Part shown: in pieces, positions 1 to 10,111 of the stretch | Layout: the number at the start of each line of letters is the position of its first letter | Numbering within the stretch: the first letter of the stretch is position 1 | DNA from: an uncultured Candidatus Saccharibacteria bacterium | GTDB lineage: Bacteria > Patescibacteriota > Minisyncoccia > Phycocordibacterales > UBA1006 | DNA length: 64,000 nucleotides | Direction of reading: 5' to 3' | Assembly (NCBI GenBank): GCA_964350165.1 | Contig: CAYGJA010000004.1 | Location: forward strand, 7,638 to 71,637 | Notes under the pieces: model-generated | Told to the model about the DNA's origin: nothing | Database searches by the model: none | The model's input: the letters and a program-made list of their open reading frames with translations, nothing else | Position numbers and translations under genes: made by a program

Positions 1-473
1 ACAGCCTCAGCAAAATTTTGTTGGATTTCCTGGGGATTGGTTTGGGCAGGTTGCCCCTCCAGGTTCACGCTAGTAGAGACAATCGGGCCGGTTTTTTCGA
101 GCAGGTGGATTAGATTTGGCTTGGTGATTGGTATGCGAATAGCAATATCTGATTCAAAAAAAGTACGCCCCGGGAAATTCAAAGCATCTTTTTTGATTTG
201 ATAAATAAAAGAAGTTGGCGTTGTGCTTGCTTCAATTATTTTTCTTTGAGTGTCAGTGATTGTAACCGGAAGATTTTTTATAATTTGTTCAAGTGAAGCA
301 GCCAGGACAATAAGTGGTTTTTTCTTGTTTCGTTTTTTTATTTCGTATATTTTTTCAATGCCAACAGTATTAGAGATTAGAGCACTCAGGCCATATATAG
401 TATCGGTCGGCAAAACCCCAACCGAGCCTTCTAGTAGTTTTTCCGCTGCTTTTTCCCAGTTGAGACTCTCCAT
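1..473 (-). CDS. tsaC: L-threonylcarbamoyladenylate synthase (Sua5/TsaC/YrdC), truncated by window edge
   Basis: Not in ORF track; manual translation from ATG at 473 gives MESLNWEKAAEKLLEGSVGVLPTDTIYGLSA, containing the PTDTxYGL YrdC motif. Confidence 0.9.
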   Translation of the reverse strand, partial: MESLNWEKAAEKLLEGSVGVLPTDTIYGLSALISNTVGIEKIYEIKKRNKKKPLIVLAASLEQIIKNLPVTITDTQRKIIEASTTPTSFIYQIKKDALNFPGRTFFESDIAIRIPITKPNLIHLLEKTGPIVSTSVNLEGQPAQTNPQEIQQNFAEA

Positions 474-482
474 CTTTTAATT

Positions 483-1595
483 TTAGATTTTAAAAATAAT
501 AACTTCTCCGTCTTTTACAATATATTCTTTCCCTTCGAGGCGGAGCTTGCCTTCTGTTCTAGCCTGAGAGAAAGAGCCTGAATTTAGTAATTCCTGCCAG
601 TTGATAATTTCTGCTCGAATAAATTTGGTCTGAAAATCTGAATGAATAGCTGATCCAGCCACTGGTGCAGTTGAGTTTTTTTTGATTGTCCAAGCTCTCG
701 TCTCTTCTTTTCCGGTGGTAAAAAATGTGATAAGGCCCAATAATCGATAGGCGGCGGTGATTAGGTTATTGATACCATCATCGCTATGACCAAGGTCTTC
801 GCGCATCATGGTTTTTTCTTCTTGATCAAATTCAGATAACTCGTGTTCTGTTTTTGCGTCGATGACTACGTATTCAGCACCATGGCTAGTTATTTCCTCG
901 GTTATTTTTAGAAATTCTTCAGGGTTTGTTTCGTCGAGATTCTTTCCTCCTGTTTTTTTGTTTAAGCCAAACAACATTGGCTTCATGGTTAGCAAATTCA
1001 GTTGATCGGCGATTTTCTGATCTTCGTCACTAAGGTCAACACTATGGGCCAATCGCTCATTTTCAAGCGCCTCCTGAATACGGGAACACACACCATCGAT
1101 AGCCACAGCGTCTTTGTCTCCTCGTTTTACATCACGAACGAGCTTGGTTCTTCTGCTTTCAATTGTTTCGAGATCAGCCAAAATAAGCTCCATGTTGATT
1201 ACCTTGATGTCTCGCAAAGGGTCGATATCTCCGTATACGTGATGTTGCTTGGTTCCCGTTTCATCTTCTACGGCAAAAATTCTAATCAAGTGCAAAATAG
1301 CATCTACTTCTCTGATGTGAGTCAGAAACTTATTACCAAGACCTTCCCCCTTGGAAGCCCCTTCTACCAAGCCAGCAATATCCACAAATTCGATCACTGC
1401 TGGAATTATTTTTTCAGTTTTAGACATGTCCGAGAGTTTTTGCAATCTATCATCAGGGACACCAACAATACCCACCGAAGGGTCGATGGTACAAAAAGGG
1501 TAATTTTCAGCGGGAACACTTTTTTGCGTCAGGGCGTTAAAAAGTGTTGATTTGCCTACGTTGGGTAGGCCCACGATTCCAATCGAGAGTGACAT
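483..1595 (-). CDS. ychF: Redox-regulated ATPase YchF
   Basis: [42 protein letters not shown]-terminal TGS-like domain. Confidence 0.97.
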   Translation of the reverse strand: MSLSIGIVGLPNVGKSTLFNALTQKSVPAENYPFCTIDPSVGIVGVPDDRLQKLSDMSKTEKIIPAVIEFVDIAGLVEGASKGEGLGNKFLTHIREVDAILHLIRIFAVEDETGTKQHHVYGDIDPLRDIKVINMELILADLETIESRRTKLVRDVKRGDKDAVAIDGVCSRIQEALENERLAHSVDLSDEDQKIADQLNLLTMKPMLFGLNKKTGGKNLDETNPEEFLKITEEITSHGAEYVVIDAKTEHELSEFDQEEKTMMREDLGHSDDGINNLITAAYRLLGLITFFTTGKEETRAWTIKKNSTAPVAGSAIHSDFQTKFIRAEIINWQELLNSGSFSQARTEGKLRLEGKEYIVKDGEVIIFKI

Positions 1596-1599
1596 GATG

Positions 1600-1881
1600 T
1601 TAGTTCATTGGAGGGCGCGGTGCGCCCTTGGTGTTCTGCAAAGCTCCCATGACGCCCTTGAGTTCGTCCTGATGTTCTTTGAAAACTTGCATCATGGCAG
1701 CTTGCTGGTTCATGCCTTGTTTGGTTTTTTGTTCAATTTTTTGACCTATTTTTTGAAATAGTTCCGGGTTCTCTAGTACTAGATTAACCAAGGCTTCTTC
1801 CTGATCTTTTGGAAGGTTCATGCCTTTTAGTTTGCTTTGAATAAGTTTTTTGACGACTTTATTTTTGAGATTCTTAAACAT
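1600..1881 (-). CDS. Small hypothetical protein (Q/M-rich, helical)
   Basis: 93-aa ORF co-oriented with ychF; TAGGAT 6 nt upstream of ATG. Confidence 0.75.
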   Translation of the reverse strand: MFKNLKNKVVKKLIQSKLKGMNLPKDQEEALVNLVLENPELFQKIGQKIEQKTKQGMNQQAAMMQVFKEHQDELKGVMGALQNTKGAPRPPMN

Positions 1882-1924
1882 GCAGCTATCCTAACATACT
1901 TGGATAAAGTGAAAAAGCCCCTGT

Positions 1925-4606
1925 TTATTTTCTGAATAATGCTTTAGACAACGATTGGTGTAGATAATATGCAGTGGGGACCACCAGGCTTACTAGGATA
2001 GCGATTAGCCAATCCAGACCATCCACGCTGGTGGTTCGAAGGATCGTTTGAAGCCAGCCCGAATACACGGCTCCCATCTGGAACAAGAGCACGGCTAAAA
2101 CAGCAATCCAAAACCAGCGATTTGAAAAAGCTCCTCGAATTGTTTTTTTGTTTCGAAGCACATAGGCAATCCAAATTTGAGAAAACACAACCATGATGAG
2201 TGTAACCGTACTGAGGACTTCTTGGCTTTCGTGTTGATAGAGGCTTCGAATAATAATAGACCCGCCAAGCATGGCTAATGCAACAACCAATATCCTAGCT
2301 ACGTCATGTTTACTTACGAGTGATTTTGAATAGCTCCCTGCTGTTTGTTTTCCTTGTTGAGGTTCCATGGTCAAAGGAAAAACCAAAAAGCTGTCAGTCA
2401 AGAGATTGAGCCAGACAATTTGCGCAGGGTTCAAAGGAATAGTTGCTCCAATAATGAGAGCAAATGCAACCACAAGAACTTCTCCGATGTTAGTCGAAAG
2501 CAAATAAGTGACTACTTTTTTGATATTGAGGAAAATACGTTTTCCTTCCTCCACCGCTTTGGGTATGTTTCCAAAATCATCATCCAAAAGAATAATGTCG
2601 GCAGCAGCTTTAGCCGCTTCGGTACCTATTTCTCCCATTGCGACACCAAGGTCTGCGGCAACCAACGAGGGCACATCATTTACCCCGTCGCCAGTCATAG
2701 CTATGGTTTTTCCATTTTCTCGAAAGGCCTGAATGATGCGTAATTTATGTTCGGGAGTGACTCGAGCAAAAACACTTACAGTCGGGATAATTTGCTGCAA
2801 AGCTTGGTTGCTCATAGCTTCGATTTCGTTTCCAGACAATACTCGGTCTCCTGCTGTAAAAATTCCTGACTTCTCTGCAATTGTCTTGGCTGTGCTGGGA
2901 TAGTCTCCGGTAATCATGACCACTCGTATTTTTGCCTCACGGGCTTCTTTCATCGCAGCGGGGACCTCTTGACGAATCTGATCCTCCATAATAAAAATTC
3001 CAAAGAATACAAGTTCCTCTATGTCACCAAGCGTCAAAGTTTCTTTTGTTGTTTTTTTGTACGCCAAGGCTATCACGCGATGTCCTAGTGATGACTCCCT
3101 CGTGACTAGTTCCATAAATTCTTCTTTTTGTTTTTTTGCAAAAACAGTCTCGGTGTCCTTGCGTATCGTTGCGCACAAATCTAACACTACTTCTGGTGCG
3201 CCGGTAACAACCAAGACATTCCCATCTTTTTGTTTGTGAAGATTTGCATAATATTTTCTTTTGTAAGAAAAAGCGATTTCATCAAGCAGTCGCCCCTCTT
3301 TTAGGATTTGGGTTTTTTCGAGCCCCATTCTTTGGGCAAAAACCAACATGGCCGCTTCTGTTGGATCACCAGCAACCGTGACGGTACCTTTTTGTCTAAA
3401 AATTTCCGCATTAGCACTTAGGCCACTGAGCAAGGCAAAATACTCTAACTCCAACAAGGTCTCTTGTTCGTCAAGAATTGTCTTGTTGATAGTTAAGGTA
3501 CCGATTGGATCGTATCCTTCTCCGTGCATGGAGGCTTCAACTGTTGAAAGCATTACCTGCGTAACAGAAAGCTGATTACGGGTTAGGGTTCCTGTCTTGT
3601 CGACAGCAATAACATCTGCATTACCCAGTGCCTCTACTGCTTGCAGACGTTTTATCAAAACATTGTTTTGAGCCATTCTTTGTACTCCTTGTGCCAAAAC
3701 TAACGTCACTACAATAGGTAGTCCTTCTGGCATAACTGCAACCAAAAGCGACGCACTGGTTAAGAAGATTTCCCTGAGAGCATAACCTTGATAGAGGGCA
3801 ATACCAATCATTCCAGCCAAGGCAATTCCGATACCAAGCACTAGTTTATTGGTAAGAATTTTTATTTTGGTTTGAAGAGGGATTTCTGTCTCATAGAGGT
3901 CTACCTGACTTGATATCTTGCCGATTTCGGTGTGTTGTCCGGTTCCGACAACTACAGCCGTTGCTTTCCCTCGACTAGCATAAGTGCCTTTGAAAATCAT
4001 ATTGTGTCGATCTCCAGGAACAATACCCTGCTCTTTTATTGGATCGATGTCTTTTGGTTTGGTTTTTGATTCTCCGGTCAAGATTGCCTCGTCCACAGAA
4101 AGATCTTCATTTTTGATAAGTCGAGCATCTGCCGGGATTCTACTTCCTTCTAGGATGATAATAATATCACCAGGTACGATTTCGGCTGATTCAATCAGCT
4201 GTTCTCTTCCGTCTCTGCGCACAAGGGCCTTATCTTTTTCATATGAACGCAATGCAAGAATTGCGCTTTGAGCTTTACCCTCCTGATAAGCCCCAACGAT
4301 TGCATTTAAAATCAAAACAAAAGCAATAATGGAACCGTCTACAATTTCGCCAAGCACAAAGGTGATAATCACAACCAACAACAATATATAAACAAGCGGG
4401 CTGGCAAATTGGCGTAACGCCAATCGAAACCAGCTATCTGCTTTTTTGTTGGGCAGTTCGTTTCTGCCCTGAGTCTCTAGGCGATATCTGGCTTCATCAT
4501 CTGAAAGACCATCATCGTCTGTTTTTAATGCTTGTAATACTTCTTTTTTTTCTAGAGTATGCCAAACATACTCATTTTCTTTTTGTTCTTGGCTCATGGT
4601 AAGCAA
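1925..4606 (-). CDS. Cation-transporting P-type ATPase (type II, Ca2+-like)
   Basis: TGES, PEGLP, DKTGTLT phosphorylation motif, MITGD, TGDGVND; start may be ATG at 4597. Confidence 0.95.
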   Translation of the reverse strand: MLTMSQEQKENEYVWHTLEKKEVLQALKTDDDGLSDDEARYRLETQGRNELPNKKADSWFRLALRQFASPLVYILLLVVIITFVLGEIVDGSIIAFVLILNAIVGAYQEGKAQSAILALRSYEKDKALVRRDGREQLIESAEIVPGDIIIILEGSRIPADARLIKNEDLSVDEAILTGESKTKPKDIDPIKEQGIVPGDRHNMIFKGTYASRGKATAVVVGTGQHTEIGKISSQVDLYETEIPLQTKIKILTNKLVLGIGIALAGMIGIALYQGYALREIFLTSASLLVAVMPEGLPIVVTLVLAQGVQRMAQNNVLIKRLQAVEALGNADVIAVDKTGTLTRNQLSVTQVMLSTVEASMHGEGYDPIGTLTINKTILDEQETLLELEYFALLSGLSANAEIFRQKGTVTVAGDPTEAAMLVFAQRMGLEKTQILKEGRLLDEIAFSYKRKYYANLHKQKDGNVLVVTGAPEVVLDLCATIRKDTETVFAKKQKEEFMELVTRESSLGHRVIALAYKKTTKETLTLGDIEELVFFGIFIMEDQIRQEVPAAMKEAREAKIRVVMITGDYPSTAKTIAEKSGIFTAGDRVLSGNEIEAMSNQALQQIIPTVSVFARVTPEHKLRIIQAFRENGKTIAMTGDGVNDVPSLVAADLGVAMGEIGTEAAKAAADIILLDDDFGNIPKAVEEGKRIFLNIKKVVTYLLSTNIGEVLVVAFALIIGATIPLNPAQIVWLNLLTDSFLVFPLTMEPQQGKQTAGSYSKSLVSKHDVARILVVALAMLGGSIIIRSLYQHESQEVLSTVTLIMVVFSQIWIAYVLRNKKTIRGAFSNRWFWIAVLAVLLFQMGAVYSGWLQTILRTTSVDGLDWLIAILVSLVVPTAYYLHQSLSKALFRK

Positions 4607-4688
4607 TCTATATGAAGGAATGGTAATATATAAAGTGTACCACCTGGGGAGATTTGGTAATAAAACCCCTATTCACACGTCATAAACT

Positions 4689-5234
4689 ATGGACATGCCA
4701 AGCAAAAAGAAGTCAGAAAAAGTAAGGCAGCGCTTTTTGGCTGCGTATGATGCTCATGGCGATGACATTTTTGCTTTTGTAATGTCCCGAACAGGTAATC
4801 GAGACACGGCTCTTGATTTGACCCAAGATGTCTTTACTAGTACCTGGACGTACTTATCTCGAGGGAAACGCGTCAATAATTTGCGGGCTTTTTTGTTTCA
4901 AATTACAAGAAACAAAATCATAGATCACTATCGCAAGAAAAAGACAAATTCTCTGGATCATCTTATCGAGGCCGGCTTCGAAATGTCCGACTTGGGCAGA
5001 GCCATTGAGCAAATGCGATCACAAATTGATTCGGACTTTACGCTCCGATCCCTTTCTTCTTTGTCGCCCAGCCACTATCAGGTGATCCATATGCGTTTTG
5101 TAAAAGGTATGTCCGTGGATGATATGGCATTTGTGTTGGGTATTCAAAAAAACGCCGTTTCTGTGCGTCTCCATCGAGCTTTGGCTTATGCTCGTGAAAA
5201 TGTTATCGAAAAAGAAAATGAACAACGATTCTAA
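4689..5234 (+). CDS. ECF-type RNA polymerase sigma-70 factor
   Basis: Region 2 (ALDLTQDVF...RAFLFQITRNKIIDHYRKK) and region 4 HTH (AVSVRLHRAL). Confidence 0.92.
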   Translation: MDMPSKKKSEKVRQRFLAAYDAHGDDIFAFVMSRTGNRDTALDLTQDVFTSTWTYLSRGKRVNNLRAFLFQITRNKIIDHYRKKKTNSLDHLIEAGFEMSDLGRAIEQMRSQIDSDFTLRSLSSLSPSHYQVIHMRFVKGMSVDDMAFVLGIQKNAVSVRLHRALAYARENVIEKENEQRF

Positions 5235-6471
5235 TTACAACAAAAAACTATCTCCAGAAGAAAAAGGAAAACTACGACAACAACTTGCTCGTACCACTTT
5301 TGATGTCCCCTATCAACCACGAAGTGGCTATCTTTTGCATGGTCTGGTAAAAAGCACCCTTTCAATTGCTCTCTTGGTGGCCTTTCCTGGCATAAGTATT
5401 TTATATGCAGCCGAAAAAGCCCTTCCCAATCAGGGGATTTTGTATGATTTGAAACGAGGAGGAGAAGAATTTATGATTAGTTTTTATACATCTCCAAATG
5501 ATCAAGTTGCTTTTCGCGAAACACAAATAAAACGAAGGGTTGAAGAAGCTACGCAGTTGGTGTTGCGTGGCTCTATGAACTCGGCACATGCTGACGTACT
5601 CAGCCGAGATATTGCTGCACATGTTGCTTCCGCTGAGGCCACTTTGCAGTACGCCCAAAACGATAAAGAAGAAGCCGTGCCAAAAGAATCAGTAAAACAA
5701 ATATTAGCAGTTCAACAAAAAGTACTAGCCGCTGTTGCTGAAACACAGCCCGAGGGGTCGAAAGATTCAATTACGGCCATTCAAGAAACTACCGCTGCTC
5801 TAGAAAATGGATTGCTTACAAAAAAAGACTTCTCCGAATCAACGGCCATGGGAGTAAAAAATGAAGCAAGTATTACAGAGCTGGAAATCGAAAAGTTGCT
5901 CGTTGTTGCCAGGCTAGAGGTAAAAAAAGCCATTCCAAAAACAAAAGAATTAGCTAGTTCGACCGAAGGTGTCGCTTCGGCTTCTCAAAAGGGTAAAGAA
6001 AAAAAGATCTTGGTGACTTCTGCTACTAACACTGCACCAATCTTGACGGTAACCACAGCAAGCTCCACCGCCACGAATAGTAGAATTATTTTGGGTGAAA
6101 CCAGAGAGCTGGCAGGCGCAGAAGAGGCTCTCGAGAATCTTCAAAATCGATTCGACATCCTCAAAACAAATGAAAAAGAAACAGCTTCTGATGATTCCCT
6201 CGGTTCCCTTTTGACCGATATCAAGGTATTTTTGGCGCTACTAGATTCAGACGTTTCTCTTGTGACTGGTTTTAGTTTTACTCAAACAGTCGACCCTGTG
6301 ACTCCTAACTCTCCGGTGGCTGCATCCAGTACAAATACCCAAGCAATCCTAGACCTACAAAAATCAGTACCGGCAACAACAACTTCCACCAAGGAAACCC
6401 TCCTGACTCCAAAGGAAGATTCACTTGTTGACTCATATTCGCCTGAGCCAATAGCGACTGATTTGAACTAG
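5218..6471 (+). CDS. DUF5667-like membrane protein, putative anti-sigma partner
   Basis: Likely ATG at 5218 overlapping the sigma gene end; one TM helix, then AEKALPNQGILYDLKRGGE and KRRVEEA (DUF5667-like); S/T-rich tail. Confidence 0.7.
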   Translation: MNNDSNYNKKLSPEEKGKLRQQLARTTFDVPYQPRSGYLLHGLVKSTLSIALLVAFPGISILYAAEKALPNQGILYDLKRGGEEFMISFYTSPNDQVAFRETQIKRRVEEATQLVLRGSMNSAHADVLSRDIAAHVASAEATLQYAQNDKEEAVPKESVKQILAVQQKVLAAVAETQPEGSKDSITAIQETTAALENGLLTKKDFSESTAMGVKNEASITELEIEKLLVVARLEVKKAIPKTKELASSTEGVASASQKGKEKKILVTSATNTAPILTVTTASSTATNSRIILGETRELAGAEEALENLQNRFDILKTNEKETASDDSLGSLLTDIKVFLALLDSDVSLVTGFSFTQTVDPVTPNSPVAASSTNTQAILDLQKSVPATTTSTKETLLTPKEDSLVDSYSPEPIATDLN

Positions 6472-7699
6472 TCGCCACTACTGTTAATTTCTCTGGAATC
6501 TCTATGGTTACCGCTCGTTTCGTTGTGGGTGCTTTCTTGGCCACAGAAACAATTACGGCAGAAGCAGGAACTGGTTCGTCTGGATTGATAGTGCTGGTTG
6601 CAATCTGATTATACTCGGCGCGTAATATCTGATTGTTGTCATAAAGCAACACTTGTTTGGGGGCTGATTCTGTTTTGAATGTAACTTGATTTTCACTTAA
6701 AAAAGAAAGTGGTGGTATCAATACAGAATTACCGTCGATATTCAACAGCCAATTAGATATATCGAGCATGAATTCTGTTTCTTGAGAAAGAAATATTTGA
6801 TCGGTTGTTGCCCTAATTGAAATCAAGGGCTCAACGACTTCGACTATTTGCGTTCCTTCGGCCAACAAGGCGTCGCTCCATGGATCTGATCGGAGCTCGT
6901 AGGCAATAAGATATTTTCCAGGATATTGGTATTGATGCGTTACGGGAGTAATTTTTCTTTCTGAATCATAAAAACGACCATCTCCAAAATTTATTCTAAG
7001 GTTTCCATAGAAAAGTCTTTGAGAACCTCGATAGAATTCCGGAAGTAAATTAATATTTTGACCTGTTATGACTTGTTCTGGCAGTGGTAGCTCAAATCTA
7101 TAGGGTGTTTGATTGATAATCGCAACGGGTTCTGTGCTTGCCTGAGTGGTCGTGGCCTGTTGAATTTCCGTTGTTGTAGTAGCAACTGGTTCCAGCGCTT
7201 CTGATTTAATAGGGCCAACATAGCTACCAGGCGTAGCTAGTTTGGTTATCCATACTGAGCCATTCCACTGGGCAGTTTCTTTGGTGTCGTTATCTCCGGA
7301 TGGCCAACCAGCGCTTCCACTAATGCTATCAACCGTCTGACTGCTGGCATCGAGAATGGTTAGTGTTTCCCCAGTATTTGCTAAGGCTCCCGAATAAATA
7401 AGAAAAGCTGTTCCCGCCGCGCTTTCATCGCTTGTTCGCTCGAGAACAACAGATTGGCCTGCCATAATAGTGCCTTCGAGGTCTATGGTTGGGCTGCCAT
7501 CAGTGGCTAGAATTTGCCAACCGGTTACGTCAACGCTGGCGGTACCAGTATTGGTAAGTTCTATCCATTCGTGGCTTGCTGAATCAGCGTCACCCATCCA
7601 GGCAATCTCGGTAAAGATAATTTTTGCTAGAGAAATATGGGGGAAAAGTATTCCCGTACAAATAAAAATTAAAAAAATGTAATCTCTAGTCTTCGTCAT
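6305..7699 (-). CDS. Lamin-tail-domain (LTD) surface protein with PKD-like module and C-terminal TM anchor
   Basis: Signal peptide; IIFTEIAWMG...EWIELTN...ATPG (LTD); FGDG...HQYQYPGKY (PKD-like); C-terminal hydrophobic helix. Start taken at 7699. Confidence 0.8.
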   Translation of the reverse strand: MTKTRDYIFLIFICTGILFPHISLAKIIFTEIAWMGDADSASHEWIELTNTGTASVDVTGWQILATDGSPTIDLEGTIMAGQSVVLERTSDESAAGTAFLIYSGALANTGETLTILDASSQTVDSISGSAGWPSGDNDTKETAQWNGSVWITKLATPGSYVGPIKSEALEPVATTTTEIQQATTTQASTEPVAIINQTPYRFELPLPEQVITGQNINLLPEFYRGSQRLFYGNLRINFGDGRFYDSERKITPVTHQYQYPGKYLIAYELRSDPWSDALLAEGTQIVEVVEPLISIRATTDQIFLSQETEFMLDISNWLLNIDGNSVLIPPLSFLSENQVTFKTESAPKQVLLYDNNQILRAEYNQIATSTINPDEPVPASAVIVSVAKKAPTTKRAVTIEIPEKLTVVATSSNQSLLAQANMSQQVNLPLESGGFPWWKLLLPVLIFVGLGLLGYLYWMQPPES

Positions 7700-10076
7700 C
7701 AGCCAAAATTCGTTGGAGAAGGCCGGCGGGGACCTCTCGAGGTTTCCTTGGTTCTCTCTCTTCATTCGCTGCCACTCGTGTTTGTTCTTTTGGGGCGGTG
7801 GCCTCGATCGAGAGAGTGCTGGGAGTAGCTATTTTTTCAAGTTGATCTCCCCTGTTTTCGTTGTTCTTCTGTGTTGTTTCTGTGTCTGTGATTGTCTGAA
7901 CTGAATTTGCTTTTGCCAATGCTTGCCGCAAAGCAGACACCTTGTCTTGGCTGGCTTGTTTTTCTGGGTCAAATTTTGGTTTGTGTGGTTTTTTTGAAAT
8001 CAAAGATGCAGCTCTGGCTCGATAAGAGTCTTCGAGGTCAATAATCTCTTCTCTGGGGGCTTTGGCGGCAAGATCGGCCAACGAGATCGTTTTTTGAGGT
8101 TCTTTTTTTACTTGTGGTTGTTGTTCAGTTACAACCGACTCTTTTTTTGTAGAAAAATCAATATTACCCAAGGCGTCTTTTAAAAGCCCCTGAAGCCCCT
8201 CCCTGTCAGGCCCACTTCGAGTTTTTTCTTTTGGCGAAAAATCATTTCGAGGTGCTTGATTTTGCAAGGGTAAATCTTTTTTTACTTGTGGTTGTTGTTT
8301 GCTCACAAAATCTCGCTGGGGTGGTTTTTTTGAAATTTCTTTTGGTTTGTTAGCTGGTCTTGGTTTTTCTGTTGGTTTTGATTTTTCTACTAGTCTTTTT
8401 TTGAATTGAGAATGGTCCCCGGTTGGCTTTTGTGGGGAAGGCTCTTGTTTTTTCGGAATTTTTGCTGGCTTTGTGTCGCCCGCTGAAGGAGCAAATTCTA
8501 TTCCTAGAGCAGCCAGGTCTGCTTTGGATCCTTGTTTTATTTGCGGTTTGCCATTTTTATCATTATTCGTGATTGCTTTCTTTTCACCGCTTTTTATCTT
8601 TGCGATACAATCGTGGCAATAAACGGGGCGCCCGGGTTGCGGTTTGAAGGGTACCGTGGCGATATGCTCACAATCATCAAAAGAACAAGGCACCCTATAT
8701 TTGCCATCACTAGCCAATCCTTCGGCGTTAATCGGCGTTTTTGCGCTGCTTTCTCCCCCCTCTCCGGAACCATTACTCCATTTGGTAATTTCGGCTTCTA
8801 CGACAGCTCGAGGGCGGTGGTAGAGCTTGCGAGATCTCCCAATAATGTATTCTTCTACTTTTGGTTTTCGCTCTAGTTTTACAATGGCGGGAAGCGTTTT
8901 TGCAGAAAAAGGTCTGGTTGTCATACCATTAACCAGAAGCTTGAGGTATACGTGATAATTAGGAAGTGACACAAAATCGTCTGGCGTAAATTCTGGCATG
9001 AATTCTGTTTCGAGAAAGTCCGCATCTGCTGCGCCAACGCGACCGATGATCATGGTTCCCACGTTACCAAATACGGCATCGCGAACCACTGTATTATTCT
9101 CTGTCTCCAGCTGCGCCACGTATTGATGAGCAATGATTAGATTGAGACGATATTTGCGGGCCTCGGACAAAATAGTTGCAAAAGAGTCGGTGACAAAGTT
9201 TTGGAATTCATCCACGTACAGATAGAAATCCTTACGTAGGTGCTCGGCTATTTTTACACGCTCCATGGCGGCAAGCTGTAGTTTGGTAATCAACATAGCT
9301 CCAAGCAAGGCGGAGTTGTCTTCACCCACTCGCCCCTTGGACAAGTTCACCAAGAAAATCTTTTGCTTGTCCATTATGTCTGGAATATTGATAGTGCTGT
9401 TGGGTTGCCCCAGAATGTTTCTAATAATCGCACTAGAGAGAAATTGCCCGACCTTGTTCTGGATTGGAGCAATGGCTTCTTTTCGGTAGCGGTCTTCCCA
9501 GGCTTCGTATTCGTGAATCCAGAACGTACGCACCACCGGGTCTTTGATGTTGTTTACTATGGTTTGACGATAGTCCTTATCGACCAGTAAACGAGGAATT
9601 CCCAAAAGAGTCGTGCCCGGAGTGTCAATTAGGGCAAGGATGCAATTGTTCAGGATATATTCCATTCGAGAAGACCAGACGTTGGCCCAAATCTTGGTAA
9701 AAATTCCCATAATACCCGAAGCAACCAAGTGTTTGTAGCGGTCGTCATAGACTTCGAGAACATTAAAACCAACGTGATATTCGATATCCGAAGGATTAAA
9801 ATAAACTACATCGTCAAGGCGCTCTTTTGGAATCACACCCAATAAGTCTTCGACTAATTCTCCGTGCGGATCGACGATACAGACACCATCACCGTTTCTG
9901 ATATCCTGAAGAGCCATATTAGAAATCAGAGTAGATTTTCCCATCCCTGATTTTCCCAGGATATACATGTGTTGCCGGCGATCTTGTCGCTGGATACCAA
10001 AAATTTTTTCATTATTGCGATAGTGGGTCTTCGCAAAATAAATAATGTCTTTATTCTTTGGTAGCTCAACATTCAT
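7686..10076 (-). CDS. TrwB/TraD/VirD4-like (DUF87/HerA-FtsK superfamily) ATPase with CxxC-x17-CxxC-like zinc motif and disordered tail
   Basis: Walker A GKSGMGKS, DPHGE, Walker B YVDEFQNF, SEARKYRL, HQYVAQL; CSFDDC...PFKPQPGRPVYCHDC. Confidence 0.9.
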   Translation of the reverse strand: MNVELPKNKDIIYFAKTHYRNNEKIFGIQRQDRRQHMYILGKSGMGKSTLISNMALQDIRNGDGVCIVDPHGELVEDLLGVIPKERLDDVVYFNPSDIEYHVGFNVLEVYDDRYKHLVASGIMGIFTKIWANVWSSRMEYILNNCILALIDTPGTTLLGIPRLLVDKDYRQTIVNNIKDPVVRTFWIHEYEAWEDRYRKEAIAPIQNKVGQFLSSAIIRNILGQPNSTINIPDIMDKQKIFLVNLSKGRVGEDNSALLGAMLITKLQLAAMERVKIAEHLRKDFYLYVDEFQNFVTDSFATILSEARKYRLNLIIAHQYVAQLETENNTVVRDAVFGNVGTMIIGRVGAADADFLETEFMPEFTPDDFVSLPNYHVYLKLLVNGMTTRPFSAKTLPAIVKLERKPKVEEYIIGRSRKLYHRPRAVVEAEITKWSNGSGEGGESSAKTPINAEGLASDGKYRVPCSFDDCEHIATVPFKPQPGRPVYCHDCIAKIKSGEKKAITNNDKNGKPQIKQGSKADLAALGIEFAPSAGDTKPAKIPKKQEPSPQKPTGDHSQFKKRLVEKSKPTEKPRPANKPKEISKKPPQRDFVSKQQPQVKKDLPLQNQAPRNDFSPKEKTRSGPDREGLQGLLKDALGNIDFSTKKESVVTEQQPQVKKEPQKTISLADLAAKAPREEIIDLEDSYRARAASLISKKPHKPKFDPEKQASQDKVSALRQALAKANSVQTITDTETTQKNNENRGDQLEKIATPSTLSIEATAPKEQTRVAANEEREPRKPREVPAGLLQRILADDED

Positions 10077-10111
10077 TACAAGTAGTATAGCTTATTTAAA
10101 ATGACACCCTG

